Of a stretch of 64,000 bases of DNA, positions 1 through 12,379 are shown one piece after another. The DNA comes from an uncultured Chloroflexia bacterium. Its GTDB lineage: Bacteria > Chloroflexota > Anaerolineae > CG2-30-64-16. The notes beneath the pieces are model-generated. The model searched no databases and was not told where the DNA came from. It worked only from the letters and a program-made list of their open reading frames with translations. The stretch lies in assembly GCA_963774265.1 (NCBI GenBank), contig CAVZDU010000003.1:160001-224000 (forward strand), written 5' to 3'. A program made the translations under genes and the position numbers. Numbering within the stretch: position 1 is the first letter of the stretch; the number at the start of each line of letters is the position of its first letter.

Positions 1-2715
1 TTCCCCATCTATTTTCCCGTGAATTTCGGCCTCGATCCGGCATTCATGTATGCCGCGGCTGGGATCTTCCGCCTGATCGGAGGGCACTACGTCTGGGGCA
101 TCCGTTTTACGGCGGCCATCTTCGCCATGCTCGGCCTGGCCTTCACGCTCATTCTTGCCCGCCAGTATCTCGGGCGCTGCGCGGCGCTCTTCGCCACTGC
201 ACTGACCGCAGGTTCCTTCTGGTTCCTGTTCGCTGGCCGGCTCGGCCTCGAACCCATCGCACTTCTGCCGGCTGCACTGGCCTGCTTCTATTTCTCGCGC
301 GCACCGAACCACGGCCGTCCTTCTCGGCTTACCTCCTTGCGGGGGTGATGGCGGGCGCCGCCAATTACACCTACCTCGCCGCGCTGGACGCTCTACGCAT
401 TGCCGTTGATCCTGCTCGGCTACGAAATAGCGCTTGTCCTCCTGGCCCGGCTGCGGGGTCGTGCACAGCCGCCGCAGGTGCGGCCGCGCATGGCAGGATT
501 GCTGGGGATGCTCCTCGCGATGCTATTGGTGAGCGGCCCACTGCTGGTCTATCTGTTGACCCATTCCTTTCAGGCCGACGGTCGCATCGGGGAGTTGGCC
601 GGTCCGCTCAACGCGGCCTTTGCGGATGGCAATCTGTTGCCTTTGCTCAACAATTTCATCGACCTTGCGCGCACCCTCCTGTGGGATGGTTCGCCGTGGC
701 TGCCTTTTCACTACGCCGTGCCGGGACGCGCCGTGCTCCAGCCCATATGGGCGGTCTTTTTTGTCGTGGGGCTGGTGATTACGTTGGCTCGTCTAGGCCG
801 GCGTCGCGATTTCTTGCTGCTCGTGGCGTTGCTGCTGGGCCTCGGGCTGACCCTGTTGACCAGCACGGACGCGATCCACATGCGCAGCATCTACGCGCTG
901 CCTATCCTGTTTATCATCGCGGTGCGCGGCGCCTTGGCCGTAGCGGCGTTCGGCCAACGTCAGCTCGGGAGGTTGCGCCCTGCTCGGGGCGCCAGGCATC
1001 GTCCGCTGCCAGCCTGGTTGTCGGCTGCTGTGCTGGTGGGGCTGCTTTCCTGGCACTTCGTCGACAACGCCATCGCTTACTTTCATGATTGGTCCACGGC
1101 AGAGCCCGCGCAGCGTATCTACAACGCCGATTTCCGCTTGGCCGCACGCTACCTGGATCAAAACGCCGGGCAGGACGCGATCTTCATCGGCACGGATCGG
1201 CTCATCGACCTGGATAGCGAAACATATGCCCTCTATGAGCCGTCGCGGAAGGATGTCAACTGGTTTCGCCTGCCGGGCAACCCACCCTTGCCTGCACGCG
1301 GTGGGGCAATCTACCTCGGTCCCACCACCGCAGACATCCCGCCGATGCTCCAATTGCTGCTCGACGCCGGTGCGCAACAGGACTACCTGCGTGATGCCCA
1401 GGGGAGGGCGCTCGTGTGGGCGATTCGGGCGGCGCCCGACGTCCTGCAGCGGGCCGCGGCCAATACGAATCTGCGACCGCTTGATCTGCCCGTGACTTAT
1501 GAATCCGCTCTGCGCCTCGACGCCGTAGGGTGGCAGGATCACGGCTCCGAAGCAATGCTGGCAACGCAGTGGACCGCGCTGGGCCCCTGGCCGCACTCCG
1601 CGGATCCCGGTAATCCGCTGCTCCAACCGAAGGTCGGCCTATCTATCACCGATCGCTCGGGCTATCGCTGGCTCACCGTGGATGCGCCCCTGATGCTGCC
1701 GGTGCACAATGTTCGCACGGGCCTGCCCATGCTGGAGACGATAAGCCTCTCGCTCCCATCTGACATGCCGGCCGGATCGTATCAGTTGTACCTGGTGCTC
1801 TACGACGACAAGGCGGGTCCGCTTGCGATGGCACGGGGAACCGGCCCGCTCAAATCCACACCCATCTCTGTCGCGACGCTCGACGTGGCTATGCGGCCCC
1901 TCGCCGACGCCCCAACCCCGCCCTACGACGCGGGTGACGCCCCAGCCGGTGCGCTGTTGCGTGCGACCGGCAGGTGGGAGCCCTGGGAGAAACTGGTCGC
2001 CGGCGTATCGACGAACCTGCACGTCTCCTGGCAAGCCCAACAGCAGCTGGAAACCGAGGGCCTGGCTTTCCGCATCAGCGCTTATGACGAGAATCTAGCT
2101 TTGCTTTGGCAGCAGGTCGCGACCCCACAGATCGCCTTGCCGCGCGTGTGGGAGGCCGGTCGAACCCTTCGATTATCCCATACGGTGAAGCCCCAGGAGG
2201 GTGCACGGGGAGCAACCAGGGTCCGCCTGACGGTGTGCGCCGAGCAGGCGGCCGGTACCCTGGGTTGTGCGATGGCGGATGGGGTTCAGGTTATCAGCCA
2301 ACCGCCCGTTATGGCGCTTGCGCAGCCCCCCCAGCATGCTGTCGGTGCGCGTTGGGGCGATTCACTCACCCTGGTTGGCTACGATCTGAGTCAGGACGGC
2401 GCGGATCTGGCATTGACCCTCTACTGGAAAGCCGGCGCGGCGTCCACCGGCCCGCTCAAGCGTTTCGTCCACCTGCTCGGCGCAGATGGTCGCATCCTGG
2501 CCCAATCGGACGAGCCCCTGGAAAACAACGGCATACCGGTCACGTACTGGCGGAACGGGGAATACGTGGTAGATCACCCCCGATACGCATCGCAGCAGGT
2601 CCCAGGTGTGCAGGCAGTATGCGTGGGGCTCTATGACGCGGCAACCGAGGAGCGCCTCGCGGTGGTCACGGCATCGGGCGAGGCGGTGCCCGATGCACGG
2701 CTTTGCTTCCGCTAA
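1..2715 (+). CDS. Large polytopic membrane glycosyltransferase (GT-C / ArnT-PMT-like) with C-terminal extracellular beta domains; 5' end lies outside the window, apparent frameshift(s) near 300-400
   Basis: ORF 19..348 (hydrophobic, 'IRFTAAIFAMLGL...AALFATALTAGSFWFLFAGRLG') continues as ORF 400..2715 with many TM segments, then repeated 'L.G(Y/W)...LTLYW...FVHLL...YWR.GE.V.D' domains. Confidence 0.7.
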
Positions 2716-2722
2716 AGAAGCT

Positions 2723-3931
2723 TCAGATCGGGATCCCCAACCCGCGATATGCCAACAGATGCCCCTGTGCGATCGTTTCCCACTCGAACTGGCGGGACAG
2801 CACTGCGGCTTTTGCGGCGAGCCGCGATCGCAACGCGGGACCGGTCATCAGGCGGATCACCGCCTCGGCCATGCGGGCTGGATCCTCTGGCGGGGTGAGC
2901 AAGGCGCTCTCGCCATCCTCGAGCATGGGGAACTTCTTCATGGCCTCAGCGGTCATGCCCGTCAGCGCGGTGCTGACGATGGGCACCCCGTGCGCCAGCG
3001 CAGCCATGAGGCTCCCGTGCCGCAATGATGCACCCTCGCGATACGGCAGCACCGCACAATCCACCGCAAGCAGGTTCGCCGACACTTCTTCGGAAGACGT
3101 GAAACCGGTCCACTGAACCCGGTCGGCCACGTGCAAATCGTCGATGAGCCGTTCCACCTTTGCCAGGTAGGCCGTGTTCGTTGGGTCGCTGGAACCCACT
3201 TTGCCGCCCACCATGAGGAGGCGCGCGGGCGCGTTGCGCCGAACGAGCTCAGCCAGGCAGCGCACCAGCGTCTCGCCGCCTTTGTTGGCGTTCAGGAATC
3301 CGAAGTAGGCCAGCAGCCACGTGTCGGGCCCCGCACCCCACTTCGCGCGCTGTCTTGACCGATCATATCCCTTGGGCGTCTCGCAGCGGATGTTGCTGCC
3401 GATGGGGATGGGCCTGAGCTTTTCGCCCAGCCCGGCCCGATTGAGGCGCAGCCAGTCCGTGGGATTAGTGACCACCGACGCGTCGCTCCCGCGCGCCAGC
3501 GCCAGTACGGCCTGCCAGCGGAGCGGTCCAGCCTTGGGGAACAAGTACGGGAATTTGAGATCGTGAAACGTGGTGAGCACCAGCGGCCGCCTGCGCAGCA
3601 AATGCAACCGTTTGGGCAGCAAGTTCACGGCCGGGTGCAGCCCATAGGCCGCCGATTGGTATTGGATCTGCACCACCTGGGGTTGCACTTCCTGGATCGC
3701 GGCCAATACGTGCCCCCACAGGTTCCAGCCGTGTTGTCTTAGCACGGGATACACAGTGGGTTCGTAGGGTGTGGCAGGTGTGCGCAGGTGATCGCCGCCG
3801 GCATCGACATGGGTGAGCACGTGTACATCCGCGCCCAGTTCGCCGAGCGCTTCACTGAGTCGCCGGGTGTAGTCGCCCACACCACCCTGCATCGACGGAT
3901 ATTCCCCGGTCACAAACAGAATCCGCATCAA
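2723..3931 (-). CDS. Glycosyltransferase family 4 (GT-B)
   Basis: 'RILFVTGEYPSMQGGVGDYT', 'FGFLNANKG', 'GSLMAALAHGVPIVST'. Confidence 0.9.
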   Translation of the reverse strand: MMRILFVTGEYPSMQGGVGDYTRRLSEALGELGADVHVLTHVDAGGDHLRTPATPYEPTVYPVLRQHGWNLWGHVLAAIQEVQPQVVQIQYQSAAYGLHPAVNLLPKRLHLLRRRPLVLTTFHDLKFPYLFPKAGPLRWQAVLALARGSDASVVTNPTDWLRLNRAGLGEKLRPIPIGSNIRCETPKGYDRSRQRAKWGAGPDTWLLAYFGFLNANKGGETLVRCLAELVRRNAPARLLMVGGKVGSSDPTNTAYLAKVERLIDDLHVADRVQWTGFTSSEEVSANLLAVDCAVLPYREGASLRHGSLMAALAHGVPIVSTALTGMTAEAMKKFPMLEDGESALLTPPEDPARMAEAVIRLMTGPALRSRLAAKAAVLSRQFEWETIAQGHLLAYRGLGIPI

Positions 3932-4851
3932 GTTAACCCCGATTTCAGCAACTGACCATACGCCTGCATCCGCTCTGCGCGTAATGGGCGGCTAGAACCA
4001 AGCGCGTATTTGGCCGCCTCAATGACCCATTCTATGGCGAACATGACCAGCAGGGCAAGCCGCAACGTCTGGGCCTGGACCGGCCCGTGATGTTTGCGAA
4101 AATAGCGCACTTTGCTTGTGTTGAAGCGGATGTGCCGCGCGGCAGTCACCTGCTCCGATGACCTGCCCTCGTAATGCGTGATCACCGCCTCAGGCAGGTA
4201 GACGATTTTCCATCCTGCATCCTTAACCCGCTTCTGCCAGTCGAGTTCCTCCGAGTACATGAAGTACCCTTCGTCGAACCCGCCGACCTTGTCTAGCACC
4301 GCGCGCCGGGTGAGGAGCGCTGCGCCGACCAGCCAGTCGACCTCCTGCTCCACATCACCAGGCCGATCCGCCAGGTGATAGCGTCGCGCCCACCGATTTC
4401 GCTCGGGAGGCCAATGCCAGGCCAGGGGGGTGCTTTCGAGCAGGGCTGTGGCCAGGGTGGGGAAGCGTCGCCGCGACGATTGGGGCGAGCCGTCGCCGTA
4501 GCGCAATTGCGGTCCGACGACGCCGGCCGCCGGATGGCTCTCCAGGTATTCCACCAGGGTCGCCAAGGCGTCGCCCTGTACGAGGGTATCCGGGTTGAGC
4601 AGGAGGATGTACTGCCCATGCGCCAGCGCCAGCCCCTGGTTGTTCCCGCCTGTGAACCCGCGGTTCTCGCTATTGGCCACCAGCTTGACGGCCGGAAACT
4701 CTGCGGACACCATCGCTGCGCTGCCGTCCGACGACGCATTATCGACGACGATCACCTCTGCATCACACGGCAGTGCCGCGAGGCACGTACGCAGCAGATC
4801 ACGTACATTCCAGCTCACGATGATAATCGACAGATCAGCTAAGTTAGCCAT
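3928..4851 (-). CDS. Glycosyltransferase family 2 (WbbL/rhamnosyltransferase-like)
   Basis: 'LSIIIVSWN', 'VVDNASSDGS', 'LLLNPDT', 'GFDEGYFMYSEELD'. Confidence 0.9.
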   Translation of the reverse strand: MANLADLSIIIVSWNVRDLLRTCLAALPCDAEVIVVDNASSDGSAAMVSAEFPAVKLVANSENRGFTGGNNQGLALAHGQYILLLNPDTLVQGDALATLVEYLESHPAAGVVGPQLRYGDGSPQSSRRRFPTLATALLESTPLAWHWPPERNRWARRYHLADRPGDVEQEVDWLVGAALLTRRAVLDKVGGFDEGYFMYSEELDWQKRVKDAGWKIVYLPEAVITHYEGRSSEQVTAARHIRFNTSKVRYFRKHHGPVQAQTLRLALLVMFAIEWVIEAAKYALGSSRPLRAERMQAYGQLLKSGLT

Positions 4852-4866
4852 GCGAGGGAAATTCAG

Positions 4867-5853
4867 CTAAACATGGCGTGACACTACAAAATCGGCCAGA
4901 TCTTCCAGCGCCTGCCGGTACGACCCCTGGGGGAAGCATGCGAGGCGAGCCTTTGCGCTGGCCGCGAACTCCGCCGCCTTGGCCGCTGCCAGCTTTATCG
5001 CATCCGAGTGGCGCACCTGGCTGATGATCGCGCCGATCACGTCGCCATCGCCGTGGTCGTCGCCGTCGTTCAACGCGGCGATCACCTGCTCCGGATGAGG
5101 ATGACCCTGCAGAAAATAGAAGAATGGCAGCGTCACGATGCCCTGCCGCAGATCACCGCCGACCGGCTTGCCCAGCGCCGCTTCTTCACCGCTGTAGTCC
5201 AGAATATCATCCACGATCTGGAACGCCATGCCCAGGTCTTTGCCATAGTTGAACAGCGCTTGCTCTTGTTCCGCGGTCGCGCCGCCCAGGATCGCGCCGC
5301 TCTTCGTGGCTGCTGCAAATAGCGACGCCGTCTTGGCAAAGATGCGGGGATAGTAGGCCTCCTGCGGCTGGTCCCACTGCCTGCTGGAGAAGAGCTGGAC
5401 TAACTCGCCCTCGACGATGATCCGCAGGGTATCGGCGAAGAGCTGGACCACCGGCACGTTTTCGGTCTCGGCAGCAAAGCTGGCGGCGCGCGCAAAGAGG
5501 TAATCGCCTGCCAGCACGGTCGCACCCTTAGTCCACTGCGCGTTGAGGGTGATGATGCCCCGCCGCACCAGCGCGTTATCGATAAGGTCGTCGTGCACGA
5601 GGGTCGCGTTGTGCAACATCTCGATGGCGGCAGCCACTGCTACGGCCTTGTCGGACGCTGGCTCGCGAAACAGATTGAACGCCGCCAGCGCCAACGCGGG
5701 ACGCAGCCGTTTCCCGCCACTGCCCAGGAGCTGCAGAAAGGCCTCTGCCAGCGGCGAGTATGCGCCGGACGCGATGCCGCGCATTTTTGCTTCGACCCTT
5801 TGGAGGTCGGCCTGCACCAAACTAAGTAATGCGACGTCTTTAATCATAATCAT
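4867..5853 (-). CDS. Polyprenyl diphosphate synthase (HepT/IspB-like)
   Basis: 'GGKRLRP', first Asp-rich motif 'LVHDDLID', second 'FQIVDDILD'. Confidence 0.92.
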   Translation of the reverse strand: MIMIKDVALLSLVQADLQRVEAKMRGIASGAYSPLAEAFLQLLGSGGKRLRPALALAAFNLFREPASDKAVAVAAAIEMLHNATLVHDDLIDNALVRRGIITLNAQWTKGATVLAGDYLFARAASFAAETENVPVVQLFADTLRIIVEGELVQLFSSRQWDQPQEAYYPRIFAKTASLFAAATKSGAILGGATAEQEQALFNYGKDLGMAFQIVDDILDYSGEEAALGKPVGGDLRQGIVTLPFFYFLQGHPHPEQVIAALNDGDDHGDGDVIGAIISQVRHSDAIKLAAAKAAEFAASAKARLACFPQGSYRQALEDLADFVVSRHV

Positions 5854-6710
5854 TCCAACGTAAAACAGCGCCGGGCAGTCACCGTTGTTTGCGCTGCGAT
5901 TTGCTTTGCCGTCATCCCATTCAATTCGGCCAGGGCGCCCGCGACCAGCGGCAGATATGCCGGCTCGTTGCGTTGTCCCCGATAGGGGTGTGGCGCGAGA
6001 TACGGGGCGTCGGTCTCAAGAAGCAGCCGATCGGCCCGCAACCGGGGCGCCAGGCTGTGAAGCCGACGGGCGTTCTGAAACGTCACCGGTCCACCCATCC
6101 CCAAAACTAACCCAAGCTCATACGCGCGAAAAGCATGGTCCAGCGTCCCGCTGAACGCATGCCACACCCCAAAGATAGCATCCTCGCCCCGCGATGTCCG
6201 TATCTCAGGCCACCATCGTGCTATTTCGCACAGAAGATCCTCGATACAACGCTCGTTTCCGTCCCTGGCGTTTCTCGTGTGCAGGATCACGGGCAAGCCC
6301 AATTCGCTTGCCAGCGCCAACTCCGCGGTCAGCGCAGCCTTCTGTTGGTCGTGATCCACCTTCTCCCAGTAATAGTCCAGCCCAATCTCGCCGATGGCGA
6401 CCACCTTTGGGTGCTGCGCCAGGTCGCGTAACGCTGCCATCGTTTCGCTGCCAAAATCAGCGCAGTCGTTCGGGTGGACCCCCACGGCGCCATAGATGGC
6501 CGCATAGCGGTCTGCCAGGGCCAGCACCCGATGGCACGAGTCCACGTCGATCGCCGGATTGACGAAGTTGTTGACCCCCGCGGCCGTTGCCCGCTCGATG
6601 ACCTGCTCCCGGTCCCCGTCGAACTGCCGCAGGTCCAGGTGGCAGTGCGTGTCAATGCACAGGGCGCCTTCGACGGTCAACGAGGATTGGGTCTCGGCGA
6701 TCTCAGCCAA
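5850..6710 (-). CDS. tatD: TatD family hydrolase/DNase
   Basis: 'IDTHCHL', 'GVHP', 'AIGEIGLDY', '[11 protein letters not shown]'. Confidence 0.92.
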   Translation of the reverse strand: MAEIAETQSSLTVEGALCIDTHCHLDLRQFDGDREQVIERATAAGVNNFVNPAIDVDSCHRVLALADRYAAIYGAVGVHPNDCADFGSETMAALRDLAQHPKVVAIGEIGLDYYWEKVDHDQQKAALTAELALASELGLPVILHTRNARDGNERCIEDLLCEIARWWPEIRTSRGEDAIFGVWHAFSGTLDHAFRAYELGLVLGMGGPVTFQNARRLHSLAPRLRADRLLLETDAPYLAPHPYRGQRNEPAYLPLVAGALAELNGMTAKQIAAQTTVTARRCFTLE

Positions 6711-8137
6711 GCCCTGCGGCTTTCAGACCGTCCGCCAGGATGGCCTGCATCTTGTCGCCGTGCATGGTCTCGCCGTAGACCCGGATCAACGGCTCCGTCC
6801 CCGAGAATCGCACGAGCAGCCAGCCACCATCTTCCAGGTTGAATTTGTACCCGTCGGTCGTGTCCTTGCCGGTTACCTTGAGTCCACCAATGGTCTCGGG
6901 CATCGGCCCATCCAGCCGGGCCTGTGCGGCCTTCTTCATGTCATTATCGCGCAACCGGGTGTCGATGCGATCGTAGTAATGCGGCCCCCCCACCAGGTCG
7001 AACAGCCGGGTCAGCAACTCCGTCGGCTTCTTGCCGGTCCTGCACATCATGTCCAGAAGGTACAGGTTGGCCAGGATGCCATCGCGCTCCGGCACGTGGC
7101 CTCGGAAGGCAAAGCCTCCGCTCTCCTCGCCACCGATCAGCCCGTTGTGCTTCATCATGGCCGGCGCGACGTACTTGAACCCGACGCCTGTGTTGATCAC
7201 CGGCACGCCGAATCTTTGGCCGAGCTTCTCCAGCATCGACGTCGTGCTCAGAGTCTTGATGATCGCGCCACGCTCCCCGCGGATATCGAGCAGATACATG
7301 GCCAGCAGGCCGTACACGCGTAATTGGTTGACGAACTGCCCGTTCTCATCGCCCAGCCCGCAGCGGTCTGCGTCACCGTCCATGATACACACGACGTCTG
7401 CACCCAACTCGCGCGCCTTGGCCAGCCCCGCGTCCACGTTCGGCGGGATCGGCTCTGGCCGCTTCATTTCGGGGAATATGGGGTTGCGGTCCGCGTGATA
7501 CTCGATGACCCGCGTTTTGCCGCCCGCGATGTAGCGCGAGAGGTACCCGGACCCGTTGCCCCACATGTTGTCGACCAATACCTTGAAACCGGCGTCTTTG
7601 ATGCGCTCGACGTCAACCAGTGACCGGATGCGGGCATCATACGCCGGCAGAGGATCGTAACGCATGATCAGGCCGGCCGTTTCCGCATCATCGAACCGCA
7701 TCCGCTTGACGCCGCTCATGGTCGGGGGAATTTTGGACTCGATGGCTTTCAGCCCCGCCGGATCGATGGCTCCGCCGTTGGGATCGCGGACCTTGAAACC
7801 ATTGTCTCCGGGCGGGTTATGGCTGGCCGTGATGTTGATCGCACCTAATGCCTTCGCATGGGTCACGCCAAAGGAGATGATCGGGGTTGGCACGCCGCCG
7901 CCGCAGAAATGGACGGGCACGCCGTTTGCTGCCAGCACCTCGGCCGCAGCCGCAGCGAAATTCTCGGACAGGAACCGTTTATCTCCGCCGATCACCACGC
8001 CTCGGCTCACCTCGCCGGGATAAGTTTCGCGGATGTACTCCGCAAACCCCTGGCTGCAGCGCCGGACGTTGTCAAACGTATAGTCTTCCGCGATGCCCAC
8101 CGCGCCACCCATCGGTTCCAAAGACGATATCGCTCAT
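6703..8137 (-). CDS. manB: Phosphoglucomutase/phosphomannomutase; true start probably ATG at 8137 with a frameshift near 8100
   Basis: 'ITASHNP', 'DGDADR', 'GEESG', 'RFSGTEP'; the conserved N-terminus '[13 protein letters not shown]' is read from 8137 in another frame. Confidence 0.88.
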
Positions 8138-8162
8138 GCGTCCCCCATCTTGAATCTTCAAT

Positions 8163-9158
<996 letters not shown>

Positions 9159-9182
9159 TCACTCACCTATTTTTGAGATGGC

Positions 9183-10130
9183 CTAAACCCGTGTGCGCCA
9201 ATAGTCGAGCACTTCGGTCAGCGTCTGTTCGAACGGGATGAGCGCCTGCCATCCGGTCCGGCGGCGCAGTTTTGAGCAATCGGCTACGATCACCGGCGCA
9301 TCCACCGGTCGCAGCCGTTCCGGGTCTTGCCGGACTTCGATCGGTGTGGACACGCGTGCTAACAGGGCGCCGAGCAACTCACGCACGGTGTACGCCTTGC
9401 ATGCGCCCAGGTTATACACCTCTCCCGGCACACCCTGCAGCAAGGCCAGCACATAGCCCCGGACGATGTCGCGCACGTCAGAAAAGTCGCGTGCCACATC
9501 GAGATTCCCCACGGTCATCAGGGGCGGCCGCAACCCTGCTTCGATCTCCGCGATCTGGCTGGCAAAGTCCGGCGCGACAAATCCGCGACGCTGCCGCGGC
9601 CCGATGTGATTGAACGGCCTGACGCGCACGGTCCGCAGGCCATGGCTCAGATGATACTGCAACCCCAGGAAGTCCTGGGCGATTTTGCTCACCCCGTAAG
9701 GTGACGTCGGTCGCAGCGGCACGTCCTCGCGCAGCGGCAGGTCTGCCGCTGCCACCTGGCCATACTCTTCGCTTGTCCCTACCACCAGTACGGCCGCTCT
9801 CGGTGCAATCTGGCTGACGGCCTCGAGGACGTTCACTTGCAGCCGGATATTGTTTTCAAGGGTGAACCACGGGTCGATGCGGCTGAGCGATGGGATCGGC
9901 TGCGCGGCCAGATGGAAGATGGCATCGGGGCGGCTGTCCTCGATGATGTTGCGTACCGTTTGGAGCTCGGACAACTCCGCTTCATAGAGCGTCAGGCGTT
10001 CACGGAGATGCGCGATATTTTCATTTCCGCCGTAGACCGTGCCTGCAACAGTCCACGCACCCAAATCCAGCAGATGCTCGGCCAGGTGACTGCCCACAAA
10101 ACCGGAAATCCCTGTGATCAACGCGCGCAA
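9183..10130 (-). CDS. rmd: GDP-4-keto-6-deoxy-D-mannose reductase (Rmd)-like extended SDR
   Basis: 'ALITGISGFVGSHL', 'SPYGVSK', 'RPFNHIGPRQ..FVAPDFASQIA', 'GNLDVARDFSDVRD'; adjacent to gmd. Confidence 0.75.
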   Translation of the reverse strand: MRALITGISGFVGSHLAEHLLDLGAWTVAGTVYGGNENIAHLRERLTLYEAELSELQTVRNIIEDSRPDAIFHLAAQPIPSLSRIDPWFTLENNIRLQVNVLEAVSQIAPRAAVLVVGTSEEYGQVAAADLPLREDVPLRPTSPYGVSKIAQDFLGLQYHLSHGLRTVRVRPFNHIGPRQRRGFVAPDFASQIAEIEAGLRPPLMTVGNLDVARDFSDVRDIVRGYVLALLQGVPGEVYNLGACKAYTVRELLGALLARVSTPIEVRQDPERLRPVDAPVIVADCSKLRRRTGWQALIPFEQTLTEVLDYWRTRV

Positions 10131-10239
10131 AAGCAGCCCCCTCCAGTCCGGCGACGTTTGTTACGGTCTCAGCGATTATACCGCATCACAGGGTGAAACA
10201 AAAGAAACCGGCTTCCCTTAGCTGATCAGATGACTTGTT

Positions 10240-11778
10240 TCACACCCGCGGGCCGATCATGTTGATCGAGAACTCCGCATGGCCCCAATGCTCAGTTGCA
10301 GTCACCTTGCCCGAGGCCACGGCGATCACCTCGGCGAAGATGCGTTCTCCCACGCCGGCAAGGGTTTCCCCCTCGGAGATGATCGTGCCTGCATTCAGGT
10401 CCATATCGTCTCCCATCCGGCGGGCCATGGCGGTGTTAGTCGCCAGCTTGATGACGGGCGCGATGGGACAGCCCACCGGGGTGCCGCGCCCGGTAGTGAA
10501 GGCCACCACCTGTGCGCCCCCGGCAACCATGCCCGTGATCGATTCGGGATCATTCCCCGGCGTATCCATGAGCACCAGGCCAGGTCTTGAGGGGCGGCAG
10601 GCGTAACCCACCATCTCTTGTACGGGAAAGTGTCCTCCCTTGGTGATCGCGCCGAGCGACTTCTCTTCGATGGTGGTCAGCCCGCCCGCGATGTTGCCCG
10701 GGGACGGCTGCGCGCCCCGCATGTCCACCCCCATCCGTCGCGCGGCGTCCTCTGCTCGATAGACGGCCGCCAGGATGGCCTCTGCCTGGACCGGCTGGGC
10801 GCGACCCGCAAGCAGGTGCTCTGCGCCGATGAACTCCGAGGTCTCCGACAGGATCACGCTGCCCCCTGCGGCCACGAGCAGGTCGCTGGCGATCCCCAGC
10901 GCCGGGTTGGCGGTGACTCCCGACCAGGCATCGGACCCGCCGCACTCCAGCCCCAAAATCAGTTCAGCAATCGGGATCGGCGTGCGCTGCGCATGCTGGG
11001 CATCTGTCAGCAACTCGGCCGCGATCGCTGCGCCGCGCTGTGCAGTTGCGGCCGCGCCGCCCTCATCCTGGATGTTGAGCAGCCGCACTGTCACGCCAGC
11101 CGCCGCGAGGCGCTCCGCCAGTCCCGCCGCATCCAGCGACTCACAGCCCAGCCCGATCAGGAGCACGGCCGCCACGTTCGGATGGGAAGCGAAGCCTTCG
11201 AGGGTGCGCGTCGTCTGCGCCAGGTCTGCACCGAGCTGGCTGCAGCCATAGACATGGGGCAGCGGGACGACGCCCGGGACAAGCTGGCCGATGCGCCGCA
11301 CTGCGCCGTTCGCACACTGCACCGAGGGGAGGATCAGCACGTGATTGCGGGTCCCGGCGCGGCCATCCGCGCGGCGGTAGCCCAGAAAGGTCAGATCGCT
11401 CGCAGCGACCGCTGCTTCTGCATGAACGGGTAAGGGGCGGTCGGTCGTCGTCCCGCTTCCTCGCAGAATCGGCAGGGGCGCGTCCAGGTCACCCCGTCCG
11501 CGCAAGCTTTCGATATTGTGGACGTGAACGTGTTCCCCTGGCGCGATGGCCGCGGTTGCCCGGCCGATTGGCTGTCCGTATTTCACAAGGATCTCGCCAG
11601 CGGGGATGGCCTGTCGCGCCAGCTTGTGACCGGATGGAATCGGGGCGGGGAGCGTGATCGGCTTGCCACCTGCGAAGGTGATATGTCCGGCCGGCAGGTC
11701 GGTGACGGCGAGCAACGCATTGTCATCGGGGTGCATCAACAGGGCGTCGGTGGCTGGGTTGATCAGATCGGCGGGCAT
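10240..11778 (-). CDS. UxaA/GarD family sugar-acid dehydratase (SAF domain plus catalytic domain)
   Basis: 'GHKLA..I..GE..VKYG.PIG', 'HVHVHN', 'LECGGSD..SG.TANPALG', 'TIEEKSLG', 'FTTGRG'. Confidence 0.9.
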   Translation of the reverse strand: MPADLINPATDALLMHPDDNALLAVTDLPAGHITFAGGKPITLPAPIPSGHKLARQAIPAGEILVKYGQPIGRATAAIAPGEHVHVHNIESLRGRGDLDAPLPILRGSGTTTDRPLPVHAEAAVAASDLTFLGYRRADGRAGTRNHVLILPSVQCANGAVRRIGQLVPGVVPLPHVYGCSQLGADLAQTTRTLEGFASHPNVAAVLLIGLGCESLDAAGLAERLAAAGVTVRLLNIQDEGGAAATAQRGAAIAAELLTDAQHAQRTPIPIAELILGLECGGSDAWSGVTANPALGIASDLLVAAGGSVILSETSEFIGAEHLLAGRAQPVQAEAILAAVYRAEDAARRMGVDMRGAQPSPGNIAGGLTTIEEKSLGAITKGGHFPVQEMVGYACRPSRPGLVLMDTPGNDPESITGMVAGGAQVVAFTTGRGTPVGCPIAPVIKLATNTAMARRMGDDMDLNAGTIISEGETLAGVGERIFAEVIAVASGKVTATEHWGHAEFSINMIGPRV

Positions 11779-11928
11779 GGGCTCCCTTTCGTTCGCTCAG
11801 GTTGGGGTGCAGTATAGCGGGACGCTTCCCATGGGGCAGCCCGGCGGCGCGGTGGCAAGTGAGGGGCGGATGGACGATTTCACCCGCCCTTTCTTTTGCT
11901 GCGTTCTTCTCTTGGACTTTGGGCATTA

Positions 11929-12013
11929 GTGGGGGGATGAACACAAACACCTTCCCGCAGTTGGAACCGTTTCGGTTGGCAGTGTACCACAGTTTCGACC
12001 GCCGTGCGGATGC
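11929..12013 (-). repeat. 85-bp repeat, left copy (inverted relative to 15984..16068)
   Basis: Reverse complement matches 15984..16068 at 79/85 positions by manual alignment. Confidence 0.95.
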
Positions 12014-12192
12014 TCGACGACGAGATGGGTCAAGAAGGCTTCCAGCTCGGGCTTGCCCATGTCGAGCGGATGGCGCGTGTCGTGAAAGAGGATGTAGCGC
12101 CTGGCCCAACTGATGTAGGTCTTCTCCGTCTCGTAGGAGTAGTTTCGCAGACGGGGTTTATCGCGCATCTGGCTATTTCGGAGATAACTCAC
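12014..12192 (-). pseudogene. intI: Integron integrase N-terminal (SAM-like) fragment, truncated by the 85-bp repeat
   Basis: 'MRDKPRLRNYSYETEKTYISWARRYILFHDTRHPLDMGKPELEAFLTHLVVE' is the typical IntI N-terminus; divergent from an attI-like site and cassettes. Confidence 0.88.
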
Positions 12193-12238
12193 GCGCTATG
12201 CGGGATATGTATCTGGATTCGTCTACTTCTCCTACAAC

Positions 12239-12267
12239 TTGCATATCTTTATGCCTCATGATATGCT
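12239..12267 (+). promoter_or_regulatory. Putative cassette (Pc-like) sigma70 promoter
   Basis: TTGCAT (12239-12244), 17-nt spacer, TG-n-TATGCT (12262-12267), just upstream of the attI core. Confidence 0.5.
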
Positions 12268-12295
12268 TAATGTGCAAGTAGCGGGAGAATGAGTT

Positions 12296-12304
12296 GTTAG
12301 CCAG
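12296..12304 (+). other. attI/first-cassette recombination core (GTTAGCC)
   Basis: GTTAGCCAG is the exact reverse complement of CTGGCTAAC (12927-12935) at the far end of the first cassette. Confidence 0.85.
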
Positions 12305-12379
12305 ACGCACGAATAAGCCCACGCTGGTCGCCACTCGAACGAACGCCAAGCGCCGCCGGACCGCACAAGGAGCTAACCG

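Noticed and set aside
12195-12235. LexA box in the intI promoter
   Set aside because: The best candidate (GAATCCAGATAC) has too many mismatches to the GAAC-N4-GTTC motif.
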